DNA of 64,000 nucleotides from Eledone cirrhosa (lineage: Eukaryota): contig CAXHJY010000031.1 of assembly GCA_964016885.1 (NCBI GenBank), forward strand, positions 1-64,000, read 5' to 3'. The stretch's first letter is position 1, and each line of letters starts with the position of its first letter. The notes beneath the pieces were generated by a model that saw only the letters and a list, made by a program, of their open reading frames with translations, was not told the origin of the DNA and did no database searches. The position numbers and the translations under genes were made by a program. Positions 58,901 to 64,000 of this stretch are shown here, one piece after another.

Positions 58901-61900
58901 GTTAAATAAAAGTGTTAAATAAAAGTGTTAAATAAAGTGTTAAATAAAAGTGTTAAATAAAAGTGTTAAATAAAGTGTTAAATAAAAGTGTTAAATAAAG
59001 TGTTAAATAAAAGTGTTAAATAATGTGTAAATAAAGTGTTAAATAAAAGTGTTAAATAAAGTGTTAAATAAAAGTGTTAAATAAAAGTGTTAAATAAAAG
59101 TGTTAAATAAAAGTGTTAAATAAATGTGTTAAATAAATGTGTTAAATAAAAGTGTTAAATAAAGTGTTAAATAAAAGTGTTAAATAAAAGTGTTAAATAA
59201 AAGTGTTAAATAAAAGTGTTAAATAAAGTGTTAAATAAAAGTGTTAAATAAAAGTGTTAAATAAAGTGTTAAATAAAAGTGTTAAATAAAAGTGTTAAAT
59301 AAAAGTGTTAAATAAATGTGTTAAATAAATGTGTTAAATAAAAGTGTTAAATAAAGTGTTAAATAAAAGTGTTAAATAAAAGTGTTAAATAAAAGTGTTA
59401 AATAAAAGTGTTAATTAAATGTGTTAATTAAATGTGTTAAATAAATGTGTTAAATAAATGTGTTAAATAAAAGTGTTAAATAAAAGTGTTAAATAAAAGT
59501 GTTAAATAAAAGTGTTAAATAAAAGTGTTAAATAAATGTGTTAATTAAATGTGTTAAATAAATGTGTTAAATAAATGTGTTAAATAAATGTGTTAAATAA
59601 ATGTGTTAAATAAATGTGTTAAATAAATGTGTTAAATAAAATAAATGTGTTAAATAAAATAAATGTGTTAAATAAATGTGTTAAATAAATGTGTTAAATA
59701 AATGTGTTAAATAAATGTGTTAAATAAATGTGTTAAATAAATGTGTTAAATAAATGTGTTAAATAAATGTGTTAAATAAATGTGTTAAATAAATGTGTTA
59801 AATAAATGTGTTAAATAAAAGTGTTAAATAAAAGTGTTAAATAAATGTGTTAAATAAAAGTGTTAAATAAATGTGTTAAATAAATGTGTTAAATAAATGT
59901 GTTAAATAAAAGTGTTAAATAAAAGTGTTAAATAAAAGTGTTAAATAAAAGTGTTAAATAAATGTGTTAAATAAATGTGTTAAATAAATGTGTTAAATAA
60001 ATGTGTTAAATAAATGTGTTAAATAAATGTGTTAAATAAATGTGTTAAATAAATGTGTTAAATAAAAGTGTTAAATAAATGTGTTAAGTAAATGTGTTAA
60101 ATAAAAGTGTTAAATAAATGTGTTAAATAAAAGTGTTAAATAAAAGTGTTAAATAAATGTGTTAAATAAAAGTGTTAAATAAAAGTGTTAAATAAAAGTG
60201 TTAAATAAAAGTGTTAAATAAAAGTGTTAAATAAAAGTGTTAAATAAAAGTGTTAAATAAAAGTGTTAAATAAAAGTGTTAAATAAATGTGTTAAATAAA
60301 TGTGTTAAATAAATGTGTTAAATAAATGTGTTAAACAAATGTGTTAAACAAAAGTGTTAAACAAAAGTGTTAAACAAAAGTGTTAAACAAATGTGTTAAA
60401 TAAATGTGTTAAATAAATGTGTTAAATAAATGTGTTAAATAAAAGTGTTAAATAAATGTGTTAAATAAATGTGTTAAATAAATGTGTTAAATAAAAGTGT
60501 TAAATAAATGTGTTAAATAAATGTGTTAAATAAATGTGTTAAATAAAAGTGTTAAATAAATGTGTTAAATAAAAGTGTTAAATAAAAGTGTTAAATAAAA
60601 GTGTTAAATAAATGTGTTAAATAAATGTGTTAAATAAATGTGTTAAATAAATGTGTTAAATAAATGTGTTAAATAAATGTGTTAAATAAATGTGTTAAAT
60701 AAATGTGTTAAATAAATGTGTTAAATAAATGTGGTAAATAAATGAGGTAAATAGATGTGGTAAATAAATAAATGTGTTAAATAAATGTGTTAAATAAATG
60801 TGTTAAATAAAAGTGTTAAATAAAAGTGTTAAATAAAAGTGTTAAATAAAAGTGTTAAATAAAAGTGTTAAATAAAAGTGTTAATTAAATGTGTTAAATA
60901 AATGTGTTAAATAAATGTGTTAAATAAATGTGTTAAATAAAAGTGTTAAATAAAAGTGTTAAATAAAAGTGTTAAATAAAAGTGTTAAATAAAAGTGTTA
61001 AATAAAAGTGTTAAATAAAAGTGTTAAATAAATGTGTTAAATAAATGTGTTAAATAAATGTGTTAAATAAATGTGTTAAATAAATGTGTTAAATAAATGT
61101 GTTAAATAAATGTGTTAAATAAAAGTGTTAAATAAAAGTGTTAAATAAATGTGTTAAATAAATGTGTTAAATAAATGTGTTAAATAAAAGTGTTAAATAA
61201 AAGTGTTAAATAAAAGTGTTAAATAAAAGTGTTAAATAAAAGTGTTAAATAAAAGTGTTAAATAAAAGTGTTAAATAAATGTGTTAAATAAATGTGTTAA
61301 ATAAATGTGTTAAATAAATGTGTTAAATAAATGTGTTAAATAAATGTGTTAAATAAATGTGTTAAATAAATGTGTTAAATAAATGTGTTAAATAAATGTG
61401 TTAAATAAAAGTGTTAAATAAAAGTGTTAAATAAAAGTGTTAAATAAAAGTGTTAAATAAATGTGTTAAATAAATGTGTTAAATAAATGTGTTAAATAAA
61501 TGTGTTAAATAAATGTGTTAAATAAATGTGTTAAATAAATGTGTTAAATAAGCGTGGTAAATAAGCGTGGTAAATAAATGTGGTAAATAAATAAATGTGT
61601 TAAATAAATGTGTTAAATAAATGTGTTAAATAAAAGTGTTAAATAAAAGTGTTAAATAAATGTGTTAAATAAATGTGTTAAATAAATGTGTTAAATAAAT
61701 GTGTTAAATAAATGTGTTAAATAAATGTGTTAAATAAATGTGTTAAATAAAATAAATGTGTTAAATAAATGTGTTAAATAAATGTGTTAAATAAATGTGT
61801 TAAATAAATGTGTTAAATAAATGTGTTAAATAAATGTGTTAAATAAATGTGTTAAATAAATGTGTTAAATAAAATAAATGTGTTAAATAAAATAAATGTG

Positions 61901-64000
61901 TTAAATAAAATAAATGTGTTAAATAAATGTGTTAAATAAATGTGTTAAATAAATGTGTTAAATAAATGTGTTAAATAAATGTGTTAAATAAATGTGTTAA
62001 ATAAATGTGTTAAATAAATGTGTTAAATAAATGTGTTAAATAAAAGTGTTAAATAAAAGTGTTAAATAAATGTGTTAAATAAATGTGTTAAATAAATGTG
62101 TTAAATAAATGTGTTAAATAAATGTGTTAAATAAATGTGTTAAATAAATGTGTTAAATAAAAGTGTTAAATAAAAGTGTTAAATAAAAGTGTTAAATAAA
62201 AGTGTTAAATAAATGTGTTAAATAAATGTGTTAAATAAATGTGTTAAATAAATGTGTTAAATAAATGTGTTAAATAAATGTGTTAAATAAATGTGTTAAA
62301 TAAATGTGTTAAATAAATGTGTTAAATAAATGTGTTAAATAAATGTGTTAAATAAATGTGTTAAATAAATGTGTTAAATAAATGTGTTAAATAAATGTGT
62401 TAAATAAAAGTGTTAAATAAAAGTGTTAAATAAAAGTGTTAAATAAAAGTGTTAAATAAATGTGTTAAATAAATGTGTTAAATAAATATGGTAAATAAAT
62501 GTGGTAAATAAATAAATGTGTTAAATAAATGTGTTAAATAAATGTGTTAAATAAATGTGTTAAATAAATGTGTTAAATAAATGTGTTAAATAAATGTGTT
62601 AAATAAAAGTGTTAAATAAATGTGTGTGTTAAATAAATGTGTTAAATAAATGTGTTAAATAAAAGTGTTAAATAAATGTGTTAAATAAAAGTGTTAAATA
62701 AATGTGTTAAATAAATGTGTTAAATAAAAGTGTTAAATAAATGTGTTAAATAAATGTGTTAAATAAAAGTGTTAAATAAAAGTGTTAAATAAATGTGTTA
62801 AATAAATGTGTTAAATAAAAGTGTTAAATAAAAGTGTTAAATAAAAGTGTTAAATAAAAGTGTTAAATAAAAGTGTTAAATAAAAGTGTTAAATAAAAGT
62901 GTTAAATAAAAGTGTTAAATAAAAGTGTTAAATAAATGTGTTAAATAAATGTGTTAAATAAATGTGTTAAATAAATGTGTTAAATAAATGTGTTAAATAA
63001 ATGTGTTAAATAAATGTGTTAAATAAATGTGTTAAATAAATGTGTTAAATAAATGTGTTAAATAAATGTGTTAAATAAATGTGTTAAACAAAAGTGTTAA
63101 ACAAAAGTGTTAAACAAAAGTGTTAAACAAATGTGTTAAATAAATGTGTTAAATAAATGTGTTAAATAAAAGTGTTAAATAAATGTGTTAAATAAATGTG
63201 TTAAATAAATGTGTTAAATAAAAGTGTTAAATAAATGTGTTAAATAAATGTGTTAAATAAATGTGTTAAATAAATGTGTTAAATAAAAGTGTTAAATAAA
63301 AGTGTTAAATAAAAGTGTTAAATAAAAGTGTTAAATAAATGTGTTAAATAAATGTGTTAAATAAATGTGTTAAATAAATGTGTTAAATAAATGTGTTAAA
63401 TAAATGTGTTAAATAAATGTGTTAAATAAATTTGGTAAATAAATGTGTTAAATAAATGTGGTAAATAAATGTGGTAAATAAATAAATGTGTTAAATAAAT
63501 GTGTTAAATAAATGTGTTAAATAAATGTGTGTGTTAAATAAATGTGTTAAATAAATGTGTTAAATAAAAGTGTTAAATAAAAGTGTTAAATAAAAGTGTT
63601 AAATAAAAGTGTTAAATAAAAGTGTTAAATAAAAGTGTTAAATAAAAGTGTTAAATAAAAGTGTTAAATAAAAGTGTTAAATAAATGTGTTAAATAAATG
63701 TGTTAAATAAAAGTGTTAAATAAAAGTGTTAAATAAAAGTGTTAAATAAAAGTGTTAAATAAAAGTGTTAATTAAATGTGTTAATTAAATGTGTTAAATA
63801 AATGTGTTAAATAAATGTGTTAAATAAAAGTGTTAAATAAAAGTGTTAAATAAAAGTGTTAAATAAAAGTGTTAAATAAAAGTGTTAAATAAATGTGTTA
63901 ATTAAATGTGTTAAATAAATGTGTTAAATAAATGTGTTAAATAAATGTGTTAAATAAATGTGTTAAATAAATGTGTTAAATAAATGTGTTAAATAAAATA
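46944..64000 (-). repeat. 13-bp satellite array, right arm in inverted orientation (TAAATAAATGTGT on +), roughly 1300 monomers, runs off the window end
   Basis: Exact reverse complement of the left-arm consensus. Variants TTGAATAAATGTG, TTAAACAAAAGTG, TTAAATAAAAGTG and GTGGTAAA. Confidence 0.98.

Noticed and set aside
58300-59360. Cluster of 12-bp and 14-bp monomers as a distinct subfamily
   Set aside because: Mostly single-base homopolymer indels that are absent from the matching HOR copy at ~63.1-64 kb; consensus error is at least as likely as biology.
5843-64000. CRISPR-like array
   Set aside because: Head-to-tail 13-mers with no unique spacers, no cas genes, and eukaryotic retroelement context.

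Overview
AT-rich eukaryotic (metazoan) genomic DNA with no intact protein-coding gene. The repeat types suggest a cephalopod mollusc such as Octopus, but that is inference. Bases 1-5200 are a cluster of retroelement remnants separated by (TA)n-type microsatellites. It holds a dead RTE-clade LINE whose RT region carries a PHD-type C4HC3 finger, and an antisense tRNA-derived CORE-like SINE inserted in that LINE that shares its 3' tail. It also holds a structured RTE-5'-UTR-like fragment and Penelope-like (GIY-YIG) remnants with two type I hammerhead ribozyme folds on the minus strand, one canonical and one with a compensatory U3-A8 core. From about 5.84 kb the window is one 13-bp satellite (ACACATTTATTTA) arranged as a giant inverted pair: a ~38.7-kb plus-strand arm (5843-44570) and a >17-kb minus-strand arm (46944 to the window end). 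A ~2.4-kb hinge of fold-back pentamer repeats and an AT-rich TCGAA-motif spacer separates the arms. The left arm shows stepwise monomer drift, nested higher-order repeats and an apparently exact 15,634-bp tandem duplication. The right arm has a different variant set and a ~4.8-kb higher-order repeat.
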